A stretch of 64,000 nucleotides of DNA from Thermoflexus sp. (GCF_040289485.1 NZ_PSLG01000004.1:1402-65401); one strand, 5' to 3'. Counted from the stretch's first letter, positions 10,251 to 21,684 are shown. Numbers and translations are program-made. The notes: generated by a model from the sequence alone, not told the origin.

Positions 10251-11177
10251 TCAGCCCTCGATCTCGGAAGAAGGGGAAGCGCCCTTGTGGTGCCGGCCGC
10301 AGGTGCAACCTTCGCCCCCGTTGCAGGGCTTGCCGGCCTTTTCCTGCAACGCCTTCAACTCCTCGAGGGGCTGCAGGTGCTCCTTAGGGACCTCGTAGAC
10401 CCGTTCCCCCACGCGGACCAGGGCGGCCTCCCGGAGCGGGAGGACATCGACCACCACACCCTCCCCGTGGGGGGTCATCACCGCCTTCCCCTTCTTGGGC
10501 AGCTCCTGCTTCGCCCGCACATACTGCTCATATTCGTAGATCAGGCAACAGCGAAGCCGCCCGCACATCCCCGTGATGTCCTCGGGGTTGAGGGAGAGCC
10601 CTTGTTCCTTGGCCATCTTGATGGAGATGGGGCTGAACTCCGTCAAGAAGAGGGAACAGCACCGGGTCTCCAGCCCGCAAGCCCCCAGCCCGCCGATCCA
10701 CTTCGCCACGTCCCGCGGACCGATCAGACGGAACTCCACCGCGCGCCCTCGGAAGTGCTCCTCCATCCGTCGGCGCAGGGGCTCCAGATCCACTTTCTCC
10801 TCGGTGTGGTAGAGGAGGGAGATGTGTTTGCCGTCGAAGGAGATCTCCACCTTCACGATCTTGACGGCCAACCCCAACTGGCGGGCGTGCTCGCGCGCCA
10901 CCACCAGGGCCTCGATCTCCTTGCGTTCCCAATATTTCCGGATGGCCAGGTCGCGGTTGGTGGCCGGGCGCTCCACCGGACGGATGGGGCCTTCGATGCG
11001 GCCGCTCCGGGGCATCCCCAGGGACACCACTTGGCCGATCTGTTTCCCCCGCGGTGTCTCCACGATCACCCAGTCTCCAACCTGCAGCTCGAAGGGCCCG
11101 GCGTCGAAGTGATAGATCTTCCCCACAGGATGGAAGCGGACCCCGACGATCCGTTCCTGGACAGCCACGGTTTCCAT
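10251..11177 (-). CDS. PSP1-domain protein (RicT/YaaT-like)
   Basis: 'VGVRFHPVGKIYHF', 'VGDWVIVET', 'GACG...CC', 'ISIKMAKEQGLSLNP..ITGMCGRLRCCLIYE'. RBS GAGAGG upstream of ATG11177. Confidence 0.93.
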   Translation of the reverse strand: METVAVQERIVGVRFHPVGKIYHFDAGPFELQVGDWVIVETPRGKQIGQVVSLGMPRSGRIEGPIRPVERPATNRDLAIRKYWERKEIEALVVAREHARQLGLAVKIVKVEISFDGKHISLLYHTEEKVDLEPLRRRMEEHFRGRAVEFRLIGPRDVAKWIGGLGACGLETRCCSLFLTEFSPISIKMAKEQGLSLNPEDITGMCGRLRCCLIYEYEQYVRAKQELPKKGKAVMTPHGEGVVVDVLPLREAALVRVGERVYEVPKEHLQPLEELKALQEKAGKPCNGGEGCTCGRHHKGASPSSEIEG

Positions 11178-11224
11178 CGATGCCTCTCGATCGAAGCGGT
11201 TTGCTCCCGCAGCAGTTATTTTGC

Positions 11225-11233
11225 ATGATAGCA
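11225..11233 (-). promoter_or_regulatory. Extended -10 upstream of the PSP1 gene
   Basis: TGCTATCAT on the minus strand. Confidence 0.45.
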
Positions 11234-11271
11234 CGCCCCCAGGGGATCCACGAAGCCGGGGGATCCTGCCG

Positions 11272-12294
11272 CTACTCGACGGCCAGCCGCTCGATCCCGG
11301 GGATCACCACCCGCCAGCGGACATCGAAGCGCCACATGCCGGCCTCCCGCGCCATGCGGTAGGCCTCCTCCATCTCCCGGCGGAACACCCGTCGGTTGAT
11401 CTCAGCGTAGCGCGGGTCAGTCCGTGCCTTCCAGGCGGGGTGATACTGATCCATCAGGTTGAGGTAAAGGTCCCTGGAGAGGCCGGCCAGCCAGCGGACG
11501 ATCTCGCGGGTCTCCTCCAACAAGCCCGGCATCACCAGATGGCGCACCAGCAGGCCGCGCACCGCCAGCCCATCCTCATCCACCATCAGGTCCCCCACCT
11601 GCCGGTGCATCTCGGCGATAGCCTCCCGGGCGACTTCGGGGTAGTTCGCCGCCAGGAGATATTTGCGGCTGCGCTCGGGGGTCCACATCTTGAAATCCGG
11701 CATGTAGATATCCACCAGGCCCTCCATCACCCGAAGGCTCTCCAGGCTGTCATAGGCGCTGGTGTTGTAGACCATGGGGATGCGCAGCCCCATCTCGATG
11801 GCGTAGGGCAGGGCCTCGACGATCTGAGGGACCACATGCTCTGGGGTGACGAAGTTGATGTTGTGGCAGCCCATCTCCTGGAGACGGATCATCAGACGGG
11901 CCAGTTCCTTAGGGGTCAGTTCCTCTCCCTCGCCCAACTGGCTGATCTCGAAGTTCTGGCAGAAGACGCACCGGAGGTTACACCAGGAGAAGAAGATCGT
12001 CCCCGAGCCCCGCCAGCCGCGGAGGACGTCCTCTTCCCCAAAGTGGGGGAAGGCGCTGGCGACCCGTGCGTAGCGACCGACCCGGCAAACCCCGAAGGCG
12101 TTCGCCAGGCGATCCACCCGGCACCGGCGGGGGCAGACCCGGCAGACTGGGCCCAGGTGGGAGAGGGCCTCCTCGACCTTCTCCCGGAGCCGTCCCTCCT
12201 CATAGGCTTTGAGGTAGGCGGGCGTGAAGGACCTCCGGGGGATGCGGAACCGACCGCCCCCATCGACCTCCGGTGGGATCCGCCACCGCGCCAT
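11272..12294 (-). CDS. Radical SAM protein, PflX-like (PFL-activating enzyme-like)
   Basis: 'CNLRCVFCQN' CxxxCxxC; N-terminal 'CRVCPRRC'; 'HFGEE..LRGWRGSGTIFF'; 'VYNTSAY', 'DIYMPDFK'. Confidence 0.9.
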   Translation of the reverse strand: MARWRIPPEVDGGGRFRIPRRSFTPAYLKAYEEGRLREKVEEALSHLGPVCRVCPRRCRVDRLANAFGVCRVGRYARVASAFPHFGEEDVLRGWRGSGTIFFSWCNLRCVFCQNFEISQLGEGEELTPKELARLMIRLQEMGCHNINFVTPEHVVPQIVEALPYAIEMGLRIPMVYNTSAYDSLESLRVMEGLVDIYMPDFKMWTPERSRKYLLAANYPEVAREAIAEMHRQVGDLMVDEDGLAVRGLLVRHLVMPGLLEETREIVRWLAGLSRDLYLNLMDQYHPAWKARTDPRYAEINRRVFRREMEEAYRMAREAGMWRFDVRWRVVIPGIERLAVE

Positions 12295-12310
12295 CGGCTC
12301 CCCCTTCCGC

Positions 12311-13666
12311 TCATCCCGACGCCGCCCTTCCCTCCGAGGCGGACCCCAGCGCCTCGTCCAGGACCTCCGCGAGATGTCGGACCTGGATCCGCATGCCGGT
12401 GCGGCGGGCGCCCCATTCCAGTTGGAGCATGCATCCCGGGTTGGCCGTGGCCACCACCGCCGCCCCGGTGGCGGCGATGTCCGCCATCTTACGCGCCAGC
12501 AGCCGCTTTGACATGGCGGGGTGGGTGAGGTTGTAGATGCCGGCGCTCCCACAACAACGGGCCGTGTCCGGCAGTTCCCGCACCTCTGCGCCTTCCAGGC
12601 GCTGGAGCAACGCCCGCGGCGGACGCCGGACGCCTTGGGCATGGCTCAGATGGCATGGCTCATGATAGGTGATCCGCAACCCCGGCGCAACAGGCCGCAG
12701 ATCCTCCGGCCAGATGGCCTCCAGCCATTCCGTGAGATCGCGGACGCGGGCGGCGAAGGCCCGGGCGCCCTCGGCCCACACCGGGTCGTCCGCCAGCAAA
12801 TGGGGGTATTCCTTCAGGAAGCCGCTGCACGCCGCGCAGTCGGCCACGATGGCATCCAGGGGCTCCAGGGCCGCGAAAGCGGCCAGGTTGCGTCGGGCGA
12901 AGCGCCGGGCCGTCTCCCGCAAGCCCTGGTCGTCCTGCGGGGCACCGCAACAGACTTGGTCCGGCGGCACCACCACCGCACACCCCAGCCGCTCCAGGAG
13001 GCGGACGCTGGCGCGGACCACGTCGCCGTAAACTGCGTTCATCACACAGCCGAGGAAGAAGCCCACTCGGTAGCGGGGGGCCGGCGGAGGCTTTCGGCGG
13101 AGCAACTCCCGGCGGACCGGGCGCGCCGGGCGCGGGGCCAGATCGAGGAGATCCCGCAACGGGGGCAGGAACCGGAGGAGGCGTCGGGCGAGGGGGATCC
13201 CGCCGATCCTCCAGGCCCAGCGGAGGGGCGCCGCCACCCGCTCGGCCGCCCGGGGGGAGCCCAGGAGGACCTCTAGGGCGAACCGCAGCCACGCCGGCCG
13301 CGGGCGCTGGACGGCCGCTGAGGCTCGTCCGGCCAAGATGGCCTCCCCGATGGGCACCCCCGCAGGGCACACCGTCTCACACGCCCGGCAGTCCAGACAG
13401 TGGTAAAGGTGGGCCTCCACCGTATCGTCCAGGGGGAGGTGTCCCTCCTCCACCGCCCGCAGCAGGGCCAAGCGCCCCCGGGGGGACTGGACCTCCAGCC
13501 AGGTCTCCTGGTAGGTGGGGCAAACGGGGAGACAACGGCCGCAGCGGATACAGCCCAGCAGAACCTCATAGTCCGGCCCCTCCGGGAGCGGAACCCGCTG
13601 GCCGGGCGCCGGGGCGAACAGATTCATCGGCTGGATCTCAGCGGTCCATGGGCTCTCGCTTCGCAC
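12311..13666 (-). CDS. GlcF-like Fe-S protein (2x[4Fe-4S] plus two CCG domains)
   Basis: 'CIRCGRCLPVCP', 'CLDCRACETVCP', 'CCGAP', 'YHEPCHLSH', 'CCGSAGIYN', 'ANPGCMLQ'. Confidence 0.9.
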   Translation of the reverse strand: MRSESPWTAEIQPMNLFAPAPGQRVPLPEGPDYEVLLGCIRCGRCLPVCPTYQETWLEVQSPRGRLALLRAVEEGHLPLDDTVEAHLYHCLDCRACETVCPAGVPIGEAILAGRASAAVQRPRPAWLRFALEVLLGSPRAAERVAAPLRWAWRIGGIPLARRLLRFLPPLRDLLDLAPRPARPVRRELLRRKPPPAPRYRVGFFLGCVMNAVYGDVVRASVRLLERLGCAVVVPPDQVCCGAPQDDQGLRETARRFARRNLAAFAALEPLDAIVADCAACSGFLKEYPHLLADDPVWAEGARAFAARVRDLTEWLEAIWPEDLRPVAPGLRITYHEPCHLSHAQGVRRPPRALLQRLEGAEVRELPDTARCCGSAGIYNLTHPAMSKRLLARKMADIAATGAAVVATANPGCMLQLEWGARRTGMRIQVRHLAEVLDEALGSASEGRAASG

Positions 13667-13722
13667 CGGGATTCCTTTTGTTCGGCTTGGTCGTGGGGCA
13701 GGCCTCTGGGGAGCCTCAAAGC

Positions 13723-14784
13723 CTAGGGGTTGCGCACCGGCTCCTGGCTGAGGTTGAGGACGCTGATGCGAGCGGCCACCTGCTGGGCGATGGCCCGCAA
13801 CGCCCGACCCGCCGGCCCCTCCGGATCCGCCACCACCACCGGCCGCCCTTCATCCCCTCCTTCCCGCACCCGCGGGTCCAACGGGATCTCTCCCAAAAAC
13901 GGCACCCCCATCCGCTCCGCCAGCCGCCGACCACCTTCTTTCCCAAAAATCGCCGTCTCCCGCCCGCAATGGGGGCACACGAACCCGCTCATGTTCTCCA
14001 CCACCCCCAAAACGGGCACCCCCAGCCGCTCAAACATCCGCACCGCCCGCCCCACATCGCTCAGCGAAACCCCCTGCGGCGTCGTCACCACCACCGCCCC
14101 CGTCACCGGCACCAACTGCGCCAGCGAAAGGGCTGCATCCCCCGTCCCCGGCGGCAGATCCACCACCAGATAGTCCAACATCCCCCAGTCCACGTCCTCC
14201 AGAAACTGCCGCACCGCGGTGTGCAGCATCGGCCCCCGCCAGATCACCGGCTGCTCCGGCGGCAGCAAAAAGCCCAGCGACATCACCCGCACCCCATATG
14301 CCACCGCCGGAAGAATCTTGTTGCCCCGCGGTGCCGGCAGCCGGCTCACCCCCAGCATCTCCGGCAGGTTCGGCCCATACACGTCCGCGTCCATCAGCCC
14401 CACCACCGCCCCCATCCCCGCCAGCGCCACCGCCAGGTTGGCCGCCACCGTGCTCTTGCCCACACCCCCCTTGCCGCTCCCCACCGCGATCACGTTCTTG
14501 ATCCCCAACCCCTCCACCGCCCGCAGCCGGGCGTGGGGGGGCACCTGTGCCTCCATCCGCACCTCCACCCGCTCCACCCCCGGCAGCGCCCCTACTGCCG
14601 CCCGGATCTCCCCCTCGATCCACTCCGTCAGCGGACAGGCCGGCGTGGTCAACACCACCGTCACCCCTACCCATCCCCCGTCCACCACCACCTCCCGCAC
14701 CATCCCCAGCGACACCAGATCCCGCCCCAACTCCGGATCCCGCACCCGCCGCAACGCCGCCCACACCTGCTCGGAAGTCACCAT
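13723..14784 (-). CDS. mrp: Mrp/NBP35 (ApbC) Fe-S carrier ATPase with N-terminal DUF59/FeS_assembly_P domain
   Basis: 'VRDPELGRDLVSLGMV', 'GSGKGGVGKST', 'DADVYGP', 'WRGPM', 'DLPPGTGD', 'VENMS..CPHCG'. Confidence 0.94.
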   Translation of the reverse strand: MVTSEQVWAALRRVRDPELGRDLVSLGMVREVVVDGGWVGVTVVLTTPACPLTEWIEGEIRAAVGALPGVERVEVRMEAQVPPHARLRAVEGLGIKNVIAVGSGKGGVGKSTVAANLAVALAGMGAVVGLMDADVYGPNLPEMLGVSRLPAPRGNKILPAVAYGVRVMSLGFLLPPEQPVIWRGPMLHTAVRQFLEDVDWGMLDYLVVDLPPGTGDAALSLAQLVPVTGAVVVTTPQGVSLSDVGRAVRMFERLGVPVLGVVENMSGFVCPHCGRETAIFGKEGGRRLAERMGVPFLGEIPLDPRVREGGDEGRPVVVADPEGPAGRALRAIAQQVAARISVLNLSQEPVRNP

Positions 14785-14804
14785 CCCTCGCCTCCCGGTT
14801 GGGC

Positions 14805-15413
14805 TCAGGAACGAACCGCCGCCTTCTCGCCCTTCTTGGCCTTCTCCGCCTCCTTCTCCGCCTGCTCCCGGGCCCAATCCGATGGATGGATCTGCGCATG
14901 ATAGGTGTCGGGCTTGAGCAGGCGAGGCAGATCGAAGAGGAGGGACTCATAGCGCTCGTAAGACGACAACTCGTATTCGTGATCCATCTTGATGGCGTCG
15001 AAGGGACAGAACTCCGCACAGAAGCCGCAGGACATGCAGATCGTGGCGTCGATGTAGAAGGCCTCCGGCTCTGGCTTGGGGCGCCCGGTGTTGGGGTCGG
15101 TGCCCCGCACGATCCAGATGCACTGGGGCGGGCAGACCTTGGCGCAGATCCCGCAGGCGGTGCACTTGATCTTCTCTTCCTGGGTGTCGTAGACCAGGAA
15201 GGGGATATAACGGAAGTTCTCCGGCAGCGGCAGCTTCTCCTTGGGGTATTGGACTGTGAACACCCCGCGGGCCCGCGGCCCCTGCCGCTCCAGGAGATGA
15301 CGGGGATGGTAGCGGCCGCCCTGGAAGAGATAGCGCACGTCCTCAATATATGAATAGAGGAAGTGCTTGAGGGTCACGCCCAGTCCTTTGAGGATGCCGA
15401 GACCGTAGACCAT
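14805..15413 (-). CDS. nuoI: NADH-quinone oxidoreductase subunit I
   Basis: 'TVQYP', 'CTACGICAKVCP', 'CMSCGFCAEFCPFDAI'. Confidence 0.93.
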   Translation of the reverse strand: MVYGLGILKGLGVTLKHFLYSYIEDVRYLFQGGRYHPRHLLERQGPRARGVFTVQYPKEKLPLPENFRYIPFLVYDTQEEKIKCTACGICAKVCPPQCIWIVRGTDPNTGRPKPEPEAFYIDATICMSCGFCAEFCPFDAIKMDHEYELSSYERYESLLFDLPRLLKPDTYHAQIHPSDWAREQAEKEAEKAKKGEKAAVRS

Positions 15414-15437
15414 CGGGCTTCGCCTCCTTCCACGAGC

Positions 15438-17216
15438 TTAGCGGTCCACCTCGCCCAGGACGATGTCGATGCTGCCCAGGATGACCACCACGTCGGCCAC
15501 CTTGTGGCCCTTGCACATCTCGTTCAAGGCGGTGAGGTTGATAAAGGACGGGGCCCGGATGTGATAGCGATAGGGGTTGGGGCTGCCGTCGCTCACCACA
15601 TAGAACCCCAGTTCACCCTTGGGGTTCTCCACCCGCCCGTAAGCCTGGCCAGGGGGCACCCGGATCATATATTGCTTCTTCCCGGCCTGGATCTCCCCCT
15701 TCGGGATCTGGTCCAGGGCCTGGCGGAGGATGCGCAGGGACTGCCACATCTCATCGATGCGGATAAGGTAACGATCGTAGACGTCACCGTTGTAGCGGAC
15801 GGCGACGTCGAAGTCGAAGCGATCGTAGATGCTGTAGGGCTCGGCCCGCCGCACGTCGTAGGGGATCCCCGAGGCCCGAAGCACCGGGCCGGCCGTGCTG
15901 TAGGCCACCGCCAGGTCCGGGGGCAACACCCCCACCCCCTGGCACCTGGCCTTGATCAGTTCGTTGTGGGTGAGGTAGCGGTCCAGTTCCTCGATGGCCC
16001 GCGGCAGACGGTTGTAGACCAGTTCCTTGGCCCGGGCGATCCAGTCGTCCGAGACGTCGTGGGCCACCCCGCCGAAGCGCATGTAGTTGCACATCATGCG
16101 GGAGCCCGAGGCCTCCTCGAAGAGGTCCAGGATCAACTCCCGCTCCTCGATGGCGTAGAGGGCGGGGGTGAAGAAGGCTCCCAAGTCGTTGAGGAGGAAG
16201 CCGATGGCCCACAGGTGGTTCACGATACGGGTGAACTCCGCCATGATCACCCGCAGGTATTCCGCCCGCTCCGGCGGCCGGATCCCCAGAAGCTTCTCCA
16301 CGGCGAGGGCGTAGCCTAGGTTGTTGCTCATGGAGCAGATGTAATCCAGGCGGTCGGTGTAGGGCATGTTCTGCAAATACATGTTGCGCTCGCCGATCTT
16401 CTCGTGGTTGCGGTGGAGATAACCCATCACCGGCTCCAGGCGGACGATGGTCTCTCCATCCAGGGTGATCACCATCCGGAAGACGCCGTGGGTGCTCGGG
16501 TGCTGGGGGCCCATGTTGACCACCAGCCGCTCGGTCCGCAGGCTCTTGGGCTCGACGGGCTCCCCCGTGTCCGCGCGGGCGAACTGCCCCATGCCGATGT
16601 AGAGCAACTCGTCGGCGGTGTCCTCGACTTGATCTGGATCCCAGTCCAGAGGATACTGGACGTTGTCATGCCAGAAAGCCCGGTCCTCCGCCCGGATGTG
16701 GTGGCCGGAGGGCCAACGGCTGCTGAAGGGCTTGTGCTCCTCCTCAAAGTAGGGCTCCCGCCAGTCTTTGCGGAGGGGATGTCCGTGGAAGCCCTCCCAG
16801 AGGAGGATCCGCTTGAGGTTCGGATGCCCAGCGAAGCGAATGCCCATCAGGTCCCAGGCCTCGCGCTCCTGGAAATCGGCGCCGGGCCACACCGAGACCA
16901 TGGAGGGGATGGTGGCCACGTCCCGGGGGGTGCGGGCCTTGAACACCAGCGGCCCGCCGCCCTCCAGGCGATAGGCGTGGTAGACGACCTCGAAATAGCC
17001 CTCCTGGAGATAATCGACCGCCGTCAGGCTGGAGAGATACCGATAGCCCAGTTCGTCCCGGATGAAGCGGGCAGCCTCCACCAGGACTTCGTTGGCGATC
17101 ACCACCCCCTCGTATTCGGCCGGCTGGACGGCCTCGCCGAACCGTTCCTTCAGAATGGCCAGATCGCCTTTCAGCTCGGCCAAAGGAGCTGCTTTGGCTT
17201 TGGTCGGCGCGGACAT
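15438..17216 (-). CDS. nuoCD: Fused NADH-quinone oxidoreductase subunits C and D
   Basis: NuoC '[21 protein letters not shown]...GHPLRKD' then NuoD '[10 protein letters not shown]', 'GYLHR', 'DRLDY', 'ENPKGELG', '[12 protein letters not shown]'. Confidence 0.96.
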   Translation of the reverse strand: MSAPTKAKAAPLAELKGDLAILKERFGEAVQPAEYEGVVIANEVLVEAARFIRDELGYRYLSSLTAVDYLQEGYFEVVYHAYRLEGGGPLVFKARTPRDVATIPSMVSVWPGADFQEREAWDLMGIRFAGHPNLKRILLWEGFHGHPLRKDWREPYFEEEHKPFSSRWPSGHHIRAEDRAFWHDNVQYPLDWDPDQVEDTADELLYIGMGQFARADTGEPVEPKSLRTERLVVNMGPQHPSTHGVFRMVITLDGETIVRLEPVMGYLHRNHEKIGERNMYLQNMPYTDRLDYICSMSNNLGYALAVEKLLGIRPPERAEYLRVIMAEFTRIVNHLWAIGFLLNDLGAFFTPALYAIEERELILDLFEEASGSRMMCNYMRFGGVAHDVSDDWIARAKELVYNRLPRAIEELDRYLTHNELIKARCQGVGVLPPDLAVAYSTAGPVLRASGIPYDVRRAEPYSIYDRFDFDVAVRYNGDVYDRYLIRIDEMWQSLRILRQALDQIPKGEIQAGKKQYMIRVPPGQAYGRVENPKGELGFYVVSDGSPNPYRYHIRAPSFINLTALNEMCKGHKVADVVVILGSIDIVLGEVDR

Positions 17217-17276
17217 CGAAGCCTCCTCACCTGGCGGACAGGATGGACGACCCGGACGGCTGTCGATCGAAGGGCT

Positions 17277-17942
17277 TCAAGAAGCCCCCTCGGAAGGAGC
17301 CTCCGCCGCCTTCGCCCGCAGCGCCGCCAGCCGGGCCCGGATCTCCGGCAGCCGGCGCGGGTCGATGAGATCGGGGCCCAGGATAGGCACCGGGACCGCC
17401 TCCGACTCGCCCCGCTGATACCAGGGGACGGTGCGGACCGACTGGCGCTCGATCTTCTCATAAAGCTTCAACAGGCCGTGGAGCAGGGCCTCCGGGCGCG
17501 GCGGACAGCCCGGCACGTAGACGTCCACAGGGATGAACTTATCGATGCCCGAGACCACGTTGTAGCCCTCCTTGAAGGGCCCTCCGCCGGTGGCACAGGC
17601 GCCCATGGAGATCACATATTTGGGCTCGGGCATCTGGTTGTAAAGTCGGACGATCTGCGGGACCATCTTCTTGGTCACCGTGCCGGAGACGATCATGAGG
17701 TCGGCCTGGCGGGGGCTGGGGCGCATCAACTCCGAACCGAAGCGGGCGATGTCGAAGCGGCTGGCCGCCGCGCAGATCATCTCGATGGCGCAACAGGCCA
17801 GGCCGAACATCATCGGCCACACGGAGCGCTTGCGCCCCCAGTTGTAGATGTAACTCACAAAGCGGTCGATGGTGGTAACGAGGACGTTGTCCCGCAGCTC
17901 CAAAGGGACCGGCATGGTGTTGAGGTCGCGCAACTCATCCAT
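17277..17942 (-). CDS. nuoB: NADH-quinone oxidoreductase subunit B
   Basis: '[10 protein letters not shown]', 'SPRQADL', 'SMGACA', 'PGCPPRPE'. Confidence 0.97.
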   Translation of the reverse strand: MDELRDLNTMPVPLELRDNVLVTTIDRFVSYIYNWGRKRSVWPMMFGLACCAIEMICAAASRFDIARFGSELMRPSPRQADLMIVSGTVTKKMVPQIVRLYNQMPEPKYVISMGACATGGGPFKEGYNVVSGIDKFIPVDVYVPGCPPRPEALLHGLLKLYEKIERQSVRTVPWYQRGESEAVPVPILGPDLIDPRRLPEIRARLAALRAKAAEAPSEGAS

Positions 17943-18147
17943 GGGCGAGCACCTCCTCGAGCCATTCCCGCTGGATCTCTTCCAACCGCACCGGGTCCTT
18001 CAGGCGCGGATCGTCAGCGAAGCCGGGCAGGGCCACCACCCAGCGGTGTAACGTATCCCAATCCACCGCCAGGGGATCCACCTCCGGATGGGCCTGTCGC
18101 AGGGCCCGCGCGATGGGATACGCGTCGTCCCAGTAAAAACGCTCCAT
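17935..18147 (-). CDS. iscX: IscX/YfhJ-like Fe-S assembly regulator
   Basis: 70 aa, '[12 protein letters not shown]...HPEVDP..V....[15 protein letters not shown]......[11 protein letters not shown]' follows the IscX pattern (W.D...I...L...P..DP..V.F..L..W...L..F.DDP...LE.I...W..E). Overlaps the nuoB start by 8 nt. Confidence 0.8.
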   Translation of the reverse strand: MERFYWDDAYPIARALRQAHPEVDPLAVDWDTLHRWVVALPGFADDPRLKDPVRLEEIQREWLEEVLAHG

Positions 18148-18163
18148 GTGAGGTTTACCACAA
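18146..18163. promoter_or_regulatory. Rex-like operator overlapping the iscX start
   Basis: Minus strand TTGTGGTAAACCTCACAT vs Rex consensus TTGTGAA-N4-TTCACAA (10/14). Confidence 0.45.
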
Positions 18164-18203
18164 AATCGCTAACCCGGGTTAACAAAAGATGGGGCGCCCG
18201 CCC

Positions 18204-19700
18204 TCATTCCACCTGGACCTGGCCGAAGGCGGTGGTGTCGATCTGGGCCCGCTGGAGGCGGCCGCTGTAGTCCACGTAGACCGCCTTCCACTCGGTGAAG
18301 AACTCGATGGCCGTCAGCCCGGCCTCCCGGTGGCCGTTGCCCGTCCCCCGCGTGCCGCCGAAGGGGAACTGGATCTCCGCCCCCGTGGTCCCGTGGTTGA
18401 TATAGACGATCCCCGTGGTGATGTCCCGGATGGCCTGGAAGGCCTTGTTGACGTCTTGGGTGAACAGGCTGCTGGAGAGGCCATAGTTGACGGCATTGTT
18501 GATCCGGATGGCCTCCTCCAGGCTCTCTGCCTCGATGATGGAGAGGACAGGGCCGAAGATCTCCTCCTGGGCGATGCGCATATCCGGCCGCACCTGGTCG
18601 AAGATCGTCGGTTCGTAGAAGAAGCCCTTGCCGTTCACCTTGACGGGACGGCCCCCACACAGCAGACGCACGCCCTCGGCCTTGCCGATCTCCACATACC
18701 CATGCACCTTCTTCACCGCCGCCTCGTTGATGAGCGGCCCCACGTCCGTGGTCGGTTCCAGGCCGTCCCCCAAGCGGAGCCGGCGGGCCCGCTCCACCAG
18801 CATCTCGGCGAACCGCCCCTTGATGGGCTTGTGGAGGATCAGCCGGGAACATGCAGTGCAGCGCTGCCCGGTGGTGCCAAAGGCCGCCCAAAGGGTGGCC
18901 TCCAGGGCCAGTTCCAGGTTGGCGTCCTCCATCACGATGATGGCGTTCTTGCCCCCCATCTCCAGGGAGACCCGTTTGAGGTGGCGGGCCGCGCGGGCGT
19001 AGAGATCGCGCCCCACCTCCGTGGACCCGGTGAAGGAGATGGCCTTCACCGTGGGGTGCTCCACCAGCGCGTTCCCGACCGTCGGACCCGGGCCGATGAC
19101 CAGGTTGAGCACGCCGGGCGGCAGCCCCGCCTCTTCAAAGATCTTCACGAAAGCCGCCGCCGTGGCCGGCGTGTCTGTGGCCGGCTTGAAAATCACCGTG
19201 TTGCCGGCGACCAGGGCGGGGAAGATCTTCCAGGAGGGGATGGCGATGGGGAAGTTCCAGGGGGTGATACAGGCGACCACGCCGATGGGATCCCGAATGG
19301 CCATGCCGAACTTGTTCGGCATCTCCACCGGGGCGGTGTAGCCCAACAGCCGTCGCCCCTCCCCGCCGATGTAGAAGGCCATGTCGATGGCCTCCTGCAC
19401 ATCGCCCCGGGCCTCCGGGAGCACCTTGCCCATCTCCCGGGTGAGCAGACGGGCCAGTTCCTCCTTGCGCTCCACCAGCAACTGGCCGACGCGATAGAGG
19501 ATCTCCGCCCGTTTGGGGGCTGGAACCTTCCGCCACTTCTCAAAAGCGGCGGCCGCCGCCTCCACCGCCGCCGCCACATCCCGCTCGTCGGACTTCACCA
19601 CCTCTGCCACCGGCTCCTCGGTGGCCGGGTTGAGGTCCACATACCGCTCCCCCGATTGCGCCTCCACCCAACGCCCGTTGATATAATTCTGGACGAGCAT
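18204..19700 (-). CDS. Aldehyde dehydrogenase family protein
   Basis: 'ITPWNFP', 'FKPA', 'SFTGS', 'LEMGGKN', catalytic 'GQRCTA', 'EEIFGPV'. Confidence 0.96.
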   Translation of the reverse strand: MLVQNYINGRWVEAQSGERYVDLNPATEEPVAEVVKSDERDVAAAVEAAAAAFEKWRKVPAPKRAEILYRVGQLLVERKEELARLLTREMGKVLPEARGDVQEAIDMAFYIGGEGRRLLGYTAPVEMPNKFGMAIRDPIGVVACITPWNFPIAIPSWKIFPALVAGNTVIFKPATDTPATAAAFVKIFEEAGLPPGVLNLVIGPGPTVGNALVEHPTVKAISFTGSTEVGRDLYARAARHLKRVSLEMGGKNAIIVMEDANLELALEATLWAAFGTTGQRCTACSRLILHKPIKGRFAEMLVERARRLRLGDGLEPTTDVGPLINEAAVKKVHGYVEIGKAEGVRLLCGGRPVKVNGKGFFYEPTIFDQVRPDMRIAQEEIFGPVLSIIEAESLEEAIRINNAVNYGLSSSLFTQDVNKAFQAIRDITTGIVYINHGTTGAEIQFPFGGTRGTGNGHREAGLTAIEFFTEWKAVYVDYSGRLQRAQIDTTAFGQVQVE

Positions 19701-19732
19701 GGGCTCCCCCTGGGAAGCAGGATCACAAAGGA

Positions 19733-19762
19733 ATTATAGGCCTAGGAAAGAGGGGGTGTCAA
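19733..19762 (-). promoter_or_regulatory. Consensus sigma70 promoter of ALDH
   Basis: TTGACA (19762-19757), 18 bp, TATAAT (19738-19733). Confidence 0.8.
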
Positions 19763-19823
19763 TTTCCTTGCGGATGGACCCCTGATTATCATGGGCTGTG
19801 AAGACCACCACGAGGTTGTGGCC

Positions 19824-21053
<1,230 letters not shown>

Positions 21054-21061
21054 GGTCGGAA

Positions 21062-21096
21062 GGGGTGGAGGAGGGGATCTTGCCCTCCCCCACCCC
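21062..21096. terminator. GC-rich hairpin after icd
   Basis: GGGGTGGAGGAGGG-GATCTTG-CCCTCCCCCACCCC, 14-bp stem with one mismatch, no U tract. Confidence 0.5.
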
Positions 21097-21149
21097 AAAG
21101 GCGATGCGGCCGGATGGTCCGCGTCCCCACCGGAGGATGGAGGTCCGGG

Positions 21150-21584
21150 ATGGCGCTCGAGCATAGGGACGGCCAGGTGGTGGCGTTGTTCCGCTGCCCG
21201 GGCCACCGGGAGCCCATGGAGCCCCTCCCGCTGGTCTATGCGGAGACCGACCGGGGGTTCCCCGGGGATTCCCATGCCCGTCCCGGATCCTCCCGTCAGA
21301 TCCTGCTGATGGACGTCGAGACCCTCGAGTCGTTGGGGCTCTCCCCCGGTGCGGTGCGGGAGAACATCACCCTCCAGGGGATCCCGCTGACCGACCTCCG
21401 GCCGGGCGATCGCCTGCAGGTGGGCGAGGCCGTCCTCGAGATCACCCGGCCGTGCACCCCCTGTGGGCGGATGGATGAGATCCGCCCCGGCCTCCAGGAG
21501 GCGTTGCGGGGTCGGCGGGGGATGCTGGCCCGTGTCCTCCAGGGTGGCTGGATCCGCCGCGGCGACCCGGTCCGTCGGCGTTGA
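21150..21584 (+). CDS. MOSC domain protein
   Basis: 'GFPGD.H', 'RQILL', 'PGAVRENIT', '[19 protein letters not shown]', '[18 protein letters not shown]'. Confidence 0.9.
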   Translation: MALEHRDGQVVALFRCPGHREPMEPLPLVYAETDRGFPGDSHARPGSSRQILLMDVETLESLGLSPGAVRENITLQGIPLTDLRPGDRLQVGEAVLEITRPCTPCGRMDEIRPGLQEALRGRRGMLARVLQGGWIRRGDPVRRR

Positions 21585-21620
21585 CCGGCCCGTCTTGCCC
21601 TCCGAAATCGATTCCCCCAC

Positions 21621-21638
21621 GCGTTGTGTGTTTCACAA
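21621..21638. promoter_or_regulatory. Weak Rex-like site upstream of rex (possible autoregulation)
   Basis: GCGTTGTGTGTTTCACAA: perfect right half-site TTCACAA; left half is poor but resembles the nuoA site. Confidence 0.3.
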
Positions 21639-21684
21639 ACTTGTGCTACAAAAGGGCCAGACTTTCGATGCGGGGGTGCGCGCG

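Noticed and set aside
11272-12642. 456-aa version of the radical SAM ORF overlapping glcF
   Set aside because: The extension is low-complexity and overlaps glcF; the domain and RBS place the start at 12294.
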